The translations under genes were made by a program, and so were the position numbers. This document shows positions 32,597-46,016 of a stretch of 64,000 nt of DNA, piece after piece. Below the pieces are notes generated by a model that saw only the letters and a program-made list of their open reading frames with translations, made no database searches and was not told the origin of the DNA. How positions within the stretch are numbered: the stretch's first letter is position 1; the number at the start of each line of letters is the position of its first letter. The DNA is taken from assembly GCA_010093995.1 (NCBI GenBank), contig ML992507.1, positions 617,576 through 681,575 on the forward strand. The letters run 5' to 3'. Source of the DNA: Elsinoe ampelina. Taxonomy: Eukaryota.

Positions 32597-35030
32597 ATGG
32601 CGAGTCTGCAACAGCCTAGGAGGAACATACCACAAGCTTTCGTCAGCAGCTATGCTCCGCGCATACGGGCATTCCCAAACTCCCTCCTCACCCCGAACAT
32701 ACCACAAAACGTTATTCCTCCCCTCCGAACTACTAAGCGTGGTACAACCTCGATCAATTATGCGGACGATTTCGAGGATGACACATTCGAGGACAGTGAT
32801 GCGCCTAGGCGGCCTGCGCGCAATCGTCGACAACAAGAGGATCCCAATGTAGGCAAGCCAGCTGAGGAAGAGCAGAGGAAGGGGTTGATTGCGCCAGTCG
32901 ATGTACAAGCGATATGGCGTGAATGGATGGGCAAACCAAAGCGCAGCATGACAGAGAAGCAGGTACAGCTGCAGGCTGTTCTGCCTACAAACCTGGTGCC
33001 AATCAAGATCAACCTGGATATCTCTCCATACCAACCAGAACCGCCGTTACCGAAGCCTGGCGATATGAGAGAGCGCGGTTTAGACGAGAACGCGCCTGCT
33101 TACAGGCTTCCGGAAGTAACGCCGGCCTACAAGTTGACCGACTACTTCATGTGGAATCTGCATGAAGCTCTGACGACTCCTGATCAATTTGCCAAGGTTT
33201 TGGTCGAAGATCTGGACTTGCCCACCGTCAGGAAGCAGGAGTTTATCAACAGTATAGCACTTCAAATACGGACACAGCTTGAGGAGCATGCCACTATCGA
33301 GCTTCATCCGTTCTTCTCGCGCGACAAGCCGCAACCTCTGCCCACCATTGCACCACTACGACCCACATTGTCACGCGATCAGTCCCAGACACCGTTTGTA
33401 GGCATACCTTCGGGCAAGCCGAATGGCATACTCACCAATGGTGACTTGTCGTCTGCTCCGGAAACACCTCTACCCAACGGGACTACCTCGGAAAAGAACA
33501 TCACTGTGACTGCTGCACAGTTTGACCCAGTGCACAACCCGGACGACTCATTACGATGCATCGTGACAATCAGTCTGTACGTACAAGGCCAACTCTTGAG
33601 CGACAAGTTCGAGTGGTCACTGCTACATCCTCCTGGTCTCCCAGAGATCTTTGCGAAACAGACCTGCGCCGATCTGGGACTTTCAGGAGAATGGATACCG
33701 GCACTCACACATAGCATTTACGATGCGGTATTGCAGCTCAAGAAAGGATACGTGGAGAACAACGGCAACCTTGTCGGTGTGGCGAACAGCGGCGTGGGAG
33801 CTTTCGGCGAGGTGGAGAACGAAGCTGCGACAGTTCATGGTGATGGAAGTGTTTACCTTGACGAAGGTGCTGGCTGGCGCTTTGACGACATGAGCCTGGG
33901 TAGTTCCTGGGAACCACGAATGGAAGTTCTCAGCATGGCCGAGATCACAGCGCGAGAAGGCGACCGTGATCGCCAATTGCGTAGGATGCGCCGTGAGATG
34001 CAAGCACGAACAATTGTCCCGGCCTCTCACCGCGACTCTTTCTATGGCGGGATTGGCGAGACGGGTGGAGACGAGGCACTGGGTCGTGGCGAGCGAAAGA
34101 GGAAGAAGCGCTACAGGTCGAATTCGCCCACGGGCCGCGACACACCCGATGTAGGCGCGGGCGACCAGGGTGGGAAACTGTCCGACGGCGAACGGCAAAC
34201 CTGGCGGTGCAGTCATTGTCAAGTCTGGGGAACAGCCGTATGGGCAGTTCGCGACGGGCCCGCAGGATCTCGAACGCTTTGCAACAACTGTGGTTATCTG
34301 TACGAGCAATCGCGCACTCTGCCGCCTTGGAGCAAAGATCTCTACGCCGGCGAGCGTGACGCCGGAAGCAACAGGTACATTCCCACTGCTTCGCATTTGT
34401 TTCCTTATGCTCCCTTACGTCCAATGCGTCCCGCTCCTGCTTCGTCTGCTTCTCCGTTCGTCAAAGCAAATACGCGCTGACATTTACAGGCCTGTACAAC
34501 CAATGCCTCGACCGGGGGCCACTCCGCAGCCCGACATGTCTCGATTCGTCCCTAATCCTGCTCGTGCCCATCAGCAGACTTTCTTCCGACATAGTAGCAG
34601 TTTCACAGGCCAAACGCCTTCGAATCTTCCGGAACAGTATGCAGCGACTGTACGTGGAGGTGGTCCACAGATGTTCGAAGATTATGCAGTGGAAGGTGAG
34701 GATCTGGATTGGACGAAAGTGCAGGACCCAAGAGAGAGGAAGCGCCTCCAGAATATCATTAATGGCCGGAAATACAGAGAGCGAAGGCTTGCTCAAGAAG
34801 GGGAGTTGGATAGTCCAGGACCTGGAGGAGGCATCGGATCGTTCCAGGGTAGTTTCCCGGGCGGTGCAGGGTTGACGAGACCCGAGACGAACGGGGTGGC
34901 ATATACACCTTCGCCAGCCGACGGCGCCAGACCTCAGGGTCAACTGAACATGGGTGTACAGCCGGCGCAGGGGTTGAGTCCAGCGGTGGGACAGACGCAA
35001 GGGCTGGGGCAGGGCCAGGGGTATAGGTAG
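32597..35030 (+). CDS. SFH1: RSC chromatin remodelling subunit Sfh1 (Snf5 domain + GATA-type Zn finger + basic motif); 2 exons
   Basis: PQAFVSSYAPR, RTTKRGT, DYFMWNLHE, DKFEWSL, CADLGL, CSHC..W...RDGPAG.RTLCNNCG; predicted intron 34375-34489. Confidence 0.88.
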
Positions 35031-35363
35031 ATACTACCCAGACCCAAAGAGATGGAGCGCATGAACGAGACACCGGAACCTCCGGTCGGAAAGCCGTCGG
35101 CCAAGAAGCCGGTCAAGAAGAAGCCAGTGAAGAAGACGCCTATCAGGAAGTCATTGAATGAGAGGATCACGGAAAGCCAGAAGAGCAAGCCAACGCCTGC
35201 CGAGAAAGATCTGGCTGTGGCGCAGGCGGCCGTGAGGTTTCTGAACGATTTCAGAACGAAGCATGGACTTCCTGCTCCTGAGTAGACGGCTGACAGACAA
35301 ATTTCGATATCTCAGCAAGTCCGCTGAGAGTGGGTATCTTTCTACCTACGACTTCATCTACCG

Positions 35364-36781
35364 TTATGATCCTCCCACGATGCCCTGCGTAGTCTTGACA
35401 TAACTCTCCCACTGCTTCTTCGCCGCGCCACTCGAAATACACCATCTCGCCCGCCTTACACCCTCCTTCCACCTCAACCCCCCCGGCCCTCTCTCCTCAA
35501 TCACCTTCCCATCATCCCCCTCCCCCATCTTACTCGTATCCGCCTCACAAATCCCACTAACAGCCAACAACGCCGCCGTATTCATCAACACAAACGTCAA
35601 CACCGGATCATCCGCCTCCAGCTCCCCAGCCAACAACCTCTTCAGAATCCCCGCATTCTCCGCCGGCGACTTGCCCCCCGCAACCTCACTCAACGCCCTG
35701 GGCCCAAGTCCAAAATCCTCCGGCCGCACCGAGAAAGGCAAAATCTCCACATCCTCACTCCCGTACCCGCCCCTCGACGGACTCGTCGACACCCATCCAT
35801 GATCACCCCCGCTCCCCGTCCTGCGCCTGAGCAACCAACACCTCGTCGGTCCCGCGCACGAAATCTCATCCAGGTCCTCCTCGCCACAGACGACGAGGGC
35901 TTTCTTGGCGCCGGAAAGGCGTAACGCGTCGGCGAAGACGGGGCCCATGTCCTTCTTCGCGACGCCGAGGACGCGCGCCTCGATGAGGTTCGAGTTGTGC
36001 ACTGGGTTGGCGAGGGGGCCGAGGAGGTTGAAGATTGTGCGGAAGGGGAGCTCGCGCCGGACCGAGGCGGCGTGTTTCATTCCCGGGTGCCATTCGCGGG
36101 CGTAGAGGAAGGCGTAGTTGGTGTGGGTGTACAGGGTGGAGAGGGTGTGGGGGTTGGCGGCTTCGATGGCGGGAGGGGGGGTGGAGGAGAGGAGGAGGTC
36201 GGCGGAGCCGGAGCGTGAGGTGGAGGCGTTGTTGCCGTGTTTGGCCATTAAAAGGAGGGGGGAGGCGAGGATGGAGGAGGTGGTGCTGACGTTGTAGGTG
36301 TTGTGGGAGTCGCCGCCGGTGCCGACTATGTCGAGCTGGGGAAGGGTCAGGTTGTAGTTGTGGAAGGCAAGTGTGGCGATTGAGGAGGCATAGAATGGAT
36401 TGAAGGGGGCAAGTGGTGCAATTGATAGATAGTGGAACGAGCTGGGACAAGGATACTTACAAGACCACCCTCATACCTCCCTTCGGCCATGTTCTTCGAC
36501 TTGACCACTTCCCGCAACTTCTTGATATCGGTCTGACTTGCTGCATCTCTCATTGCTTGAGCGCATGCTGCTAGAATATCGGGTCTTCGATCTAATTGTG
36601 TACTGTGAAGGGCATAAAGTAAGCATCCTGTCTGAACTGGTGATATGCTGTTTGAAAAGATCAGAGCAACAGCAGCAGCGATTTCGGAGGCGGAGATGGA
36701 ATAGAGCGTTGTCGTCGGATCCGCCAGTTGGAGCAGCAGTGGCGAGATTGACACCGGCGGTGTTGTCGTGTCGCCAGACAT
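35364..36781 (-). CDS. TRP4: Anthranilate phosphoribosyltransferase; 2 exons
   Basis: Exons 36781-36461 and 36335-35364; DIVGTGGDSHNTYNVST, KHGN..STSRSGSAD, RTIFNLLGPLANP, LDEIS. Confidence 0.95.
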
Positions 36782-37069
36782 TCTGTGTGTAGAGTATTGC
36801 GTACAGCTCCACTGACAGTGTTTTGAAATGTCAATGGCAAGTAGAGGAAATGTATAGCAAATATGTGACTCGACCAAGCCCTCGACCCTTTGCTGGAACC
36901 TGGAACATTGGCCCGAGGATCAGCCGAAAAGTGATGTTGAAGCTCGAGAAAAAGTCGCGAGCTTGACATGCTAATCCCCGGCCCAAAGTCGCATTCATTT
37001 GCTTCTTCAATACAGTCTACACATCTAGCGGATCTTGTATGGTCATCTGGGAGTCGTAGTCACACAATC

Positions 37070-38077
37070 ATGCCTCCTCGAATACCGTTCCGGCCTCGAG
37101 CCCTCCGCCTCGTCTCCTCCAACTCACACTTCCCGACCTGCCAATGCCGGTGGGCCTCCCTCGCGACGTCGCCAGCAGCATCCTTTGACGCATCCCTTCC
37201 TATCTCACGGACACCGCCATCGCAGCCGACCTCCCACAAATCGCCTACACTCCGCAAATCCCAACTCCACCGGCAGTACCAATCCGTCTTGCGCTCCTCC
37301 CCCCTCCTCCTCATTTTCCAACACAACAACCTCAAAGCCTCTGAATGGGCCGCCATCCGAGCTCAACTCGTCACCGCTCTCGAGAAAGTCGACGAAACCC
37401 ATCCTTCTCCCCAAAGTATCGCGCAAGGCACGCGCATCCAAATCATCCACACAGGCATCTTCGAGTCGGCGCTCAAAGTCGTCGAATTCTGGACTCCCCC
37501 AGCACAAACCAGCACGTACCCCTCCGACCCCAAAGTCGCCTCCAGCCTCCAACTCAACCACTCCACCACACACGGCCTAAGTCAAAAAGCATGGAAAGAG
37601 TCGAGTCGGGCCTCGAAGACGAGAAAGCACGGTCTCGAGCCACTCCTCAGCGGGCCCCTGGCGCTGGTCACATTCCCGAGCGTCAGTCCCGAACACGTCG
37701 CCGCTGCGTTATCGATACTGAGTCCGAGTGAGAAATTCCCCGCGCCGAAACGCAAGGCGAATCCGGGGTACTTTGAGCCCGCGGTGCAGTTTGGGTTGCA
37801 GAAGCTGATGTTGCTCGGGGCGAGGGTGGAGGGGAGAGCGATGGATCAGGAGGGTGTGACGTGGGTTGGTGGTATTGAGGGAGGGTTGACGGGCTTGAGG
37901 GCGCAGTTGGTGGGGATGTTGAGCGGTGCCGGTGTGGGGTTGGTGAGTGCTTTGGAGGGGGCGGGGAGGAGCTTGTGGTTGACGGTGGAGGGGAGGAGGA
38001 TGGATTTAGAAGATGGGGAGAAGCCGAAGGTGGAGGAGGTCAAGACAGACGAGGTCAAGACGGAGGAGGCGAAGTAG
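37070..38077 (+). CDS. Mitochondrial ribosomal protein uL10m-like
   Basis: Arg/Ser-rich presequence; RKSQLHRQY, FQHNNL...EW..IR, LLSGPLA, LLGARVEG, LRAQLV.ML resemble fungal L10-family proteins. Confidence 0.75.
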   Translation: MPPRIPFRPRALRLVSSNSHFPTCQCRWASLATSPAASFDASLPISRTPPSQPTSHKSPTLRKSQLHRQYQSVLRSSPLLLIFQHNNLKASEWAAIRAQLVTALEKVDETHPSPQSIAQGTRIQIIHTGIFESALKVVEFWTPPAQTSTYPSDPKVASSLQLNHSTTHGLSQKAWKESSRASKTRKHGLEPLLSGPLALVTFPSVSPEHVAAALSILSPSEKFPAPKRKANPGYFEPAVQFGLQKLMLLGARVEGRAMDQEGVTWVGGIEGGLTGLRAQLVGMLSGAGVGLVSALEGAGRSLWLTVEGRRMDLEDGEKPKVEEVKTDEVKTEEAK

Positions 38078-38271
38078 AAGCTGTCGAGGTGCTGTATTTT
38101 TGTACAATTATAGATCAAACAGTTGCTTGTGGTCTACGTCTATCCATTCTACCACCCAAGATCTACTGTTCTTGCGCTTGCGTTGGCACATCACTGGCTG
38201 AGCGCGTCCCAATCTCAAGCGATCGCGGTATGCTGATGGAGCGTTTCCTCATCCTTTCCAGATCGCATGGA

Positions 38272-38913
38272 TCATAACTTCGGCCTCGCCTCCATGACCT
38301 TTTCCACCTCCACCCTGAGACCCTCTCTTATCAGCGCTGCAACCTCCTTCCCTTCATCGTCGTCCAGCTCTTCCCTTGCACCTCTCCCAAACATCTTCCA
38401 GCTCTTCAACATGCCTACGTCCACCTTGCCAGACCCAGTCCTAGCTTTCCTATCGTCGGGGTATCTTGGAATGAAATGAAAATGCACATGCGGCACAACC
38501 TGAGCCGCTCTATGACCATTATTCTGCACCACGTTCCAGTCTTCAAACTCCAGTGTCTTGCTCAATGCTCTACTGATCAAAGGCATCCAGAACCCCAGCG
38601 CTTGAGCCGGGGTGGTGCCCTCGTGCGGAAACGACCGCCGCCAGAGACTCGGTGATCGTTCCGAAGGAGATTTTGGGAATGCAGGTATATCCGATAGCTT
38701 CTCAGCATGCTGTCTTGTTATGAGCAGCACATGTCCTTGCGAAATCGGCAGTATGTCGAGAAAAGCCAAGACCAGCGGAGTCGACAGCAGGAGGTGACAT
38801 TGCGGATCGACTCGCTCGGGATCTGGATCGCGGGGTACAGGCGTGTGGTCATCGGGCGGAAAAGCCAGTGCAATTTTGCAGAAGGGGCATGCTTGAGGGT
38901 AGTGCTCCTCCAT
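38272..38913 (-). CDS. HIT-family nucleotide hydrolase
   Basis: CPFCKI, AFLDILPISQGHVLL, WNVVQNNG..AAQVVPHVHFH (histidine triad). Confidence 0.92.
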   Translation of the reverse strand: MEEHYPQACPFCKIALAFPPDDHTPVPRDPDPERVDPQCHLLLSTPLVLAFLDILPISQGHVLLITRQHAEKLSDIPAFPKSPSERSPSLWRRSFPHEGTTPAQALGFWMPLISRALSKTLEFEDWNVVQNNGHRAAQVVPHVHFHFIPRYPDDRKARTGSGKVDVGMLKSWKMFGRGAREELDDDEGKEVAALIREGLRVEVEKVMEARPKL

Positions 38914-39223
38914 TGATCGTGGGCATGGCAGGTAGGTGTGGTTGTGCGCAGAAACAGATGCGAGTGTTTCTGAATGACGTCCTGGAGCTTGGACCGAGGT
39001 CAAAGTCGAGTAGATCTGGTAGAAGTGCACACGTGATTTCGTGTTTTGTGGGGAAATAGGCAGCTCGCCACCGTCACGTCTTCCCGAGCCTTCTCGCGTC
39101 TGGACTTTTTGTCGTCGTGATTTCCACGCCACCTGGACTGTACTTTGCCTCTGGAACAGAAACTCACTTTCGTTACATATTGGACTGTACGAATACGTTT
39201 CCGAATCAACCTAGACCGCAACA

Positions 39224-40371
39224 ATGAGTGCTGAAGAGGAGATCGATCAGTCTGGCTACGAGGATGGCACCGCTGGCGGCCCTGGAGCGCCCACACCTGT
39301 CTCTGCTCTTGAGGGTATTGCAGGCTTGACGAAGCGAGACATTCAGCTGCTCATCGACGGTAATCTACACACTGTGGAGTCGATCGCGTATACACCGAAG
39401 AAGGCTTTGGAGCAGATCAAGGGTATCTCGGAGCAGAAGGCCACGAAGCTCTTGATTGAAGGTCGGTACATATCTCTAAACACTCTGATACTCTATTAAC
39501 AGTATGTAGCGTCCAAGCTTGTGCCCATGGGTTTCACTACCGCCACCGAGATGCATCAGCGTCGGAGCGAGCTGATTTGCATCAATACTGGCTCCAAAGA
39601 ACTCAACAACCTTCTGGGAGGTGGAATCGAGACGGGATCTATCACTGAGCTCTTCGGCGAGTTCAGAGGAGAGCGTAGCATCATTCCTCGCAGCGAGACA
39701 ATTCTTGGCTAATACTTCTCCAGGGCAAAAGTCAACTCTGCCACACTCTCGCTGTGACGTGCCAACTTCCGTTTGACATGGGTGGCGGCGAGGGAAAATG
39801 TCTATACATCGACACTGAGGGTACATTCAGACCAGTTCGCCTACTTGCCGTTGCCGGTCGCTACGGTCTTTCTGGCGAGGAGGTTCTCGACAACGTGGCA
39901 TACGCTCGAGCTTACAACACGGATCACCAGCTCCAGCTTCTCAATCAGGCAGCTCAGATGATGACTGAGACCCGATTCTCTCTCCTCATTGTTGATTCCG
40001 CTACCGCCCTCTACCGCACCGATTACATGGGCAGGGGGGAGCTCTCATCGAGGCAGACACATCTGGCCAAATTCCTGCGTACTCTCCAGCGTCTGGCGGA
40101 CGAATTTGGTATCGCGGTTGTCATCACAAACCAGGTTGTCGCCCAAGTTGACGGCGGACCTTCTGCTATGTTCAACCCTGATCCCAAGAAACCCATCGGC
40201 GGCAATATCATTGCGCATGCCAGTACAACTCGAGTGAGTTTCAAGAAGGGAAGAGGCAACACAAGGATAGCGAAGATTTACGACAGTCCTTGTCTGCCAG
40301 AGGCGGACTGCCTCTTCGCCATCAACGACGACGGTATTGGCGATGCCGAACCCAAGGAAGGAGAGAAATAG
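39224..40371 (+). CDS. RAD51: Recombinase Rad51; 3 exons, second donor non-canonical
   Basis: Exons 39224-39461, 39510-39670(?), 39724-40371; [59 protein letters not shown]. Confidence 0.95.
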
Positions 40372-40705
40372 AGAACGGACAATGATGATCAAAGACGGGC
40401 TTCAGGGACGGTTGATACCACATGGGATGCTATGCTGGCGTTACAATGCATAGCTGGGTGTTTCGGTTGCATGTTCATTACGATGTATATATTCATAGAA
40501 AAGCATAATTTGGTAGATTTCCAGGTCCATGGCACTATTGAGGTCGATTACTCGGTGTGATCTATAGTGACGGATCATCGGCCCGCTCGGCCGAGTGAAG
40601 TCACTTGATGTTTTGTGCTTCACCTGAGCTCTCGCCAACTTTCACTTTCGTTTCATACACCAATGGCACTTCTTCTCCAATAACGACGTCTCGTGCGCCT
40701 TCATC

Positions 40706-43700
40706 ATGGCGGTCATTGCTCCAATTCTCTTCACTGAGACGCGACTGAACATCCAGCCAACATCATCAAGCTCGACCTTCCACATTTCAACCGAGAGCTC
40801 ATCACTTTTCTCGTCGCGAAAGCGCATACGCAATGATGATGGTCCTGCAACAGACGAAAACGAGTTCGCACGCAAGTACCTGGCCACGGAGTCATCAATC
40901 TTCTTCCGATCACAAGACAAGGTTCCCCGAAGCATACTCTGGCGCGTTCTGGAAGAGGGCAAGGTGCTTGAGCTGCAATGTGTAGACTTGATTCAGGACC
41001 AGCGCGCGACTGCAGAATCACTGCTGACTTTCAAGCTGAGCTTTGGAAGTTCCCTCCGAACTAACGGAGTAGCATTCGCAGACTCACGCAGCCACGATGC
41101 GCTAGAGGTCTTTGCGCTGACAACTTCGAATGAGCTCTTTACTTTCTCGTTACGGCGAGATCTCTTACTTCGAACATCTGCACACTCCACAACAGACTTC
41201 GACTCCTCGGCTGTTTTCAAGTCATATCCACTATCGTCGTTCTCCTTCCGTCATCCACACAAACTCGTCGCTTTGAACGATCTCGAACTCCTGGTCTCTT
41301 TGGGAGATGGGTCATTGTTGCGCTTGGAGCGAAGAGCCGGGGAGACTGGTTCATCATGGAAAGAGCTTTACTTCACTCAAGGGGGGATCGCAAAGTCACT
41401 GAGAGGCTTGATACCTTGGAAGGCACAAAGCACGGTCAGACATGGCACTGTGGATCTCTCATCTACTACAGCCTCGGACATTCAATTATCGCCGGATGGC
41501 CAGCATGTCTTTACGGTCTCGATGGATCATACACTTAAAGCATGGGAGGCTAAGACTGGGAAGGGCGGATTCCAGATTGATCTGGTAGGCGAAGAGAAGC
41601 CTGAGGGCCGCATACAGCAGCAATATCTGATTGGTCCTGGTCAAAGCACGCTGCTACGGGTCCTAGAGGTCGAGAACCAGCCCGACGGAGATTCTTACTA
41701 CTGTGTGGTATGGTCACCTAAGCATCACCAATTCAAGTTCTGGGCTGTCCGAGATGCAGACTCGCAAGAGTATGGGGTTCGAGACGTCCAATCTGACATA
41801 CGACTTTCTCCTCCGTTGGATGACTTGATGGGCACCAACGTCTGGCAACTGGCTGATTTCGATCTCAAGCCTGGTACTGCTTGGCGGGACACTCAGATCT
41901 GGGTCCGAGCACGATCCGGCTCTGTCGTCCGCACATTCACGCTGATTTTCGACCTCCTTGCCGCGGCAGACGATCTCGAATATACATGGAAGCATCAATG
42001 GGCTGCTGTCTCCGAGGCTTCTTCACCAGATACCTATCTCACATCGCTACTTGACACGCGGTTACTATCTGACTCGTCACTGGACGATGACATCTCGATT
42101 TCTTCATCAGATGACTGGCTGCGCTTCCTTCTCTTTCCTGGCCGATTTACCACAGAACTTCTGGAGACCGCGTTGATCCTCTACCAGAGGAAGTCAGCAA
42201 ATGGTAATACTCGTACCTCTAGGGATGGCAGCAGACCGCTGCAGGAACGATTGCGCGATACGATCGCTGCGAAGGTTCAGTCCAGCCTGGGACGGAATAC
42301 TGACATGTCTCTACACTCGGCAGAAGCCGCGACACAATGGAGGTCGTTCTATCAGATTGCCAAGTATTTGCAGATCCGGCGTGGTGAAGCGGTGTCAATA
42401 TCATTGGATCGTAACACGGGGCTGTGCTGGTCAGTGCGGAATGAGCAGGTCGCGCCAATCAGAGCATGTAGCGAGATCGAGGTCTATCAACACAACAGAG
42501 CCATCATTGACGAACAAGAGGACGACTGGATTGTCAACAGCATGCCCCTTGCAGACTCCTTGCCGGATGACCTTTCCTTATCTGCAGCACGCCTCTTTGC
42601 AGCTGCCAGATCTTTCCGCCACAGCCTCACCACATATTTCAACAGATCATTTTCCCACTTGGCATCGACCTTCGCACTTCGTGATGCCGACACAGATTTT
42701 TCCCAGCGATCGAGAAGGACCGCTGCAAATCCCCTCGATCAGCTCTTTGTGCAATGCGACTTTGGCGGTGAAGTCCAGGATGAGGAGTTCAACAGCCTGA
42801 CAGAATCTGTGCGAGACTTGGGAGGCCTGGGTGAACTTGAGAATGATGTTTTCGAGTACCTGCTCGACCGGCTGACTGAGCTGCCTCGAGGTCAGAATGC
42901 AGACCATGCTCTTGCCAGGTATGGCGACAAGGCTACGACTAAAGCCGCGCAAGAGACACTGGTCAGGGGCAGAGAGACTCTGTTGGATCTTCTAGCGCTT
43001 GTAGTTTTCATGTCACAGGATCTCGAGAGCGATGAGCTGGCAAAGAACTTCAAACCTTGGAGCCTCTACAGCACAATAGTTGCGAAGCTGCGACAGCACG
43101 ATGTCTTGCTCTGGATGGCGAGCAATACCCGACTTGAGCCAATCAAGGCAAGGAGATCTTCCGACACGGATAATCTGCGGTCATCACAAACATCACCGTC
43201 GCAACCATCAATGACAGTCTTGGAGAGCATCTTCATTGGTGACTGGCAAAGCATGGCGTTTCCTAATGAGCCGCTCGCTTCACTGCTCACGTACTGGAGC
43301 CGCGCATGGACCTTCGGCCCCGACCTGATGGTCAAATACGATGGTATCACGGCCCATGTCTTCGGCAATCTGATTAAGCATGAAGATTACCATCTTGCGT
43401 CCGACTTTGCCCGCTTTCTGCCACGCAACTCTTGGACGATATATCTCAGAGGACGTCTCTACCTTGGTGAAGGAGACCATCAGTATGCTGCAGCATCCTT
43501 CAGGCAAGCCGCTGAGGACTTGTCCGTGCCTTCTAGCAAAAAGGTCTTGCCAATCGAGAGCATCGACACTGCGAATCTGGTCTCTGCTACACAACGCGAG
43601 CTGTTCAATGCAGGGCTTCCACGTTTCTTGATGCATTGCTGCTATCTTTTCGAGACAGCGAAGCTGCTCTCCTTCGCCGCCGACTTTGCAGAAGCAGCAT

Positions 43701-44657
43701 TGGCTGAGCTCGGCGGTCAAGAAGACGGAGCGCTCGACTCATCGTTCATGGAAATTGATCAACGCAAGCGCAGTCTACAGGATAGTCCTGCCGCTATGCA
43801 AGTCGATCTGGCGATGGAGGAAATTCAGCTTTTGAAGACCTCCGAGCTGAAGGAGGATATTCTGAGTAGACTCTTCGCCAATGCTCTTCAGACCGCTCGC
43901 TACGACACTGCCTTCTCGGCCCTGGTCAGCTTCACCAACCCTGCTATGTGAGTTTATGGAAATATGTTCATGTCTCTTTTTACTGACGCATCACAGCAAA
44001 CGCTCGTCCCTGACTCGGCTGTTGACAGCATTGTTGCCCTCATCTCCATCGACTCTTCTCGATCTGCCATTCCCAGCATCACTCGATCCAGAAGTCGATG
44101 CCACTCTGCTGTCTCTCGCCCGAAAGTCACTTACTAGCACATCCTCAGCAGCCGCTGCAGCGCCCTCACATATTCAGCTTCTCTATTCGTATCGTATATC
44201 ACGAGACAACTACCGCGGTGCGGCCGAGGGCCTTTTCGAATACCTCCAGTGGCTGAAGGTACAGGACGAGAGCGAGTACGATGCCGCACACCGTGTGTCA
44301 GAAGGACTACGAAGCCACGATCAAGTCAACGGCTTCGATGCAGAAGAAGAATCGAGGTGGGAGACGGAGGTGACGGAGACATACCTGCTTCTCATCAATA
44401 CTCTAGCATGTTGCGGTAGTGAAGCATGGATACTAGCAGAAGCAGCATCTGGCCAAGGGCAAGGACGCAAGGTGAGCGGAAACCTTGGTGCTAGCACGGT
44501 GAACGGCGACGCAGGCAGTGCGAAGAGAAAGGTGGTGACACTGGAAGATGTCAGGAGGGAATATCAAGCTGAGTTGGATCGGAGAAGCGAGATCGCTCAA
44601 GGGCGCTTCCCATTGATTGGCAATGGAGGGGAGGGCATGGAGGTTGATGTCTTCTAG
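40706..44657 (+). CDS. NUP120: Nucleoporin Nup120/160; 2 exons
   Basis: ~1300 aa; LATESSIFFR...PRSILWRVL, DHTLKAW, FKFW, WLRFLLFPGRF, NYRGAA, YLLLINTLAC, RKVVTLEDVRREY; intron 43948-43996. Confidence 0.88.
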
Positions 44658-46016
44658 TCGAAGGTCTGGGCCTTGGGGGTTCTTAAAAGTGAAATTAGGT
44701 TACTGCTAGATGATACCCAGCGACAGCATGAATGAGATGTCGTATCCTGCCAGCCGGCTGTGCCATCTCTGAAGACATGCAATCCGATCATTGCCGCCTG
44801 GTTGATCGATGTCCAGTGAACCGATAGCAGCTGAGCATCATATCATGTCGAAGCAGCAATCGACTACCAGATGTCGAGTATCGCTAAATGCGTCCGGATC
44901 AACAGAGGGACTCACTATTTAAAAGTCTTGATCGCGGCCTCGACTCATTTTCTACTACACTGGTAGTTCTTTCTGGGAAAAGTACTGCCTGCGGATTCCT
45001 GAAATCGACTTCACCGCAGCCACTCATCAAAGAGCACCACCTCTACTACTCAACAAAGGCTCGGATGTTGCGCACCTCCAGACCAACCGCCAAACACTGC
45101 CTCATGCGCTCCGTTTACCGACGCCCTTCGTGCTCTGATCAGGCCTCAACGTACCCTACGAGGTCGTCCTGCCTCTTCGCCCCCTGCTCAGTTCAAGAAG
45201 ACTACTACTCGGAGCCTCGCACGTTGTATGTAGTATACGTCAGAGTGTACGCCTAGACAATGTCTTGCAGGTAGTTGGCCGATATTTGAGCCTCTCTGTG
45301 CTACTTGTGGGCGACGGCCCAGACGTTGATTTCACGGAGGGGAATATGCGGAAGGTACGCAGGACTCACGGGACGAGGTCGGTCTTGTGGTGTAAAATGC
45401 AGCAGATAAGGCACCGAGTCTATCTTAACGACCTTGATCGACGGGTAATAGCTTGGCAGATGGCCGCTACCATGCTCTAGTAACCACTCGAAGACGGACG
45501 CTGACAACTCCGTGTACATCGGAGGCCTTGTCTTGTGAATGAGGCATCATATCGGCCCTAGCCAGCAGGCATGGGACAGCTTCAAGCTTTTCTAACCAGA
45601 ACTGGAGTGACTCAATCAGACTTGCAACTCACAGCACGTGCCTCATGCAAACCCACGGCCATGGATCTAGTGATGACCAGCTTTGGCGAAGGTGTGTCCG
45701 CACACATGTCTGGGCAATACACTCAGCACGCTCGGAAACGATTAATCAAGTTGCTGCTCAGTTATAGTCCCGCAGAAAAGGACTTCCTTGACTAAGGCAA
45801 GATCATGTTGGGAACAGATGTCCGGCAGTGCAGACGTCATCGCCATCGATGATAAGCTGGGAACGAATCGCGAGAAAGATGTTGCCTAGCGTACAAGAGA
45901 AGCCAATGCCTCCACTTGCATACCGTGTGGTGTAGCTCGCCCTGCAGCGAGTTCCGCAAGCGATTTTATAAGGTGTGGTTCTGGATCTTCTCTAGCATGA
46001 AAGCCTCCACTTGGGC

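Noticed and set aside
45098..45256. Cys-spaced frame (CLMRSVYRRPSC...C...C...YVVY) that could be another RIPed Met-Cys gene
   Set aside because: No ATG-TGY start, and two Tyr-to-Cys reversions would be needed; too speculative.
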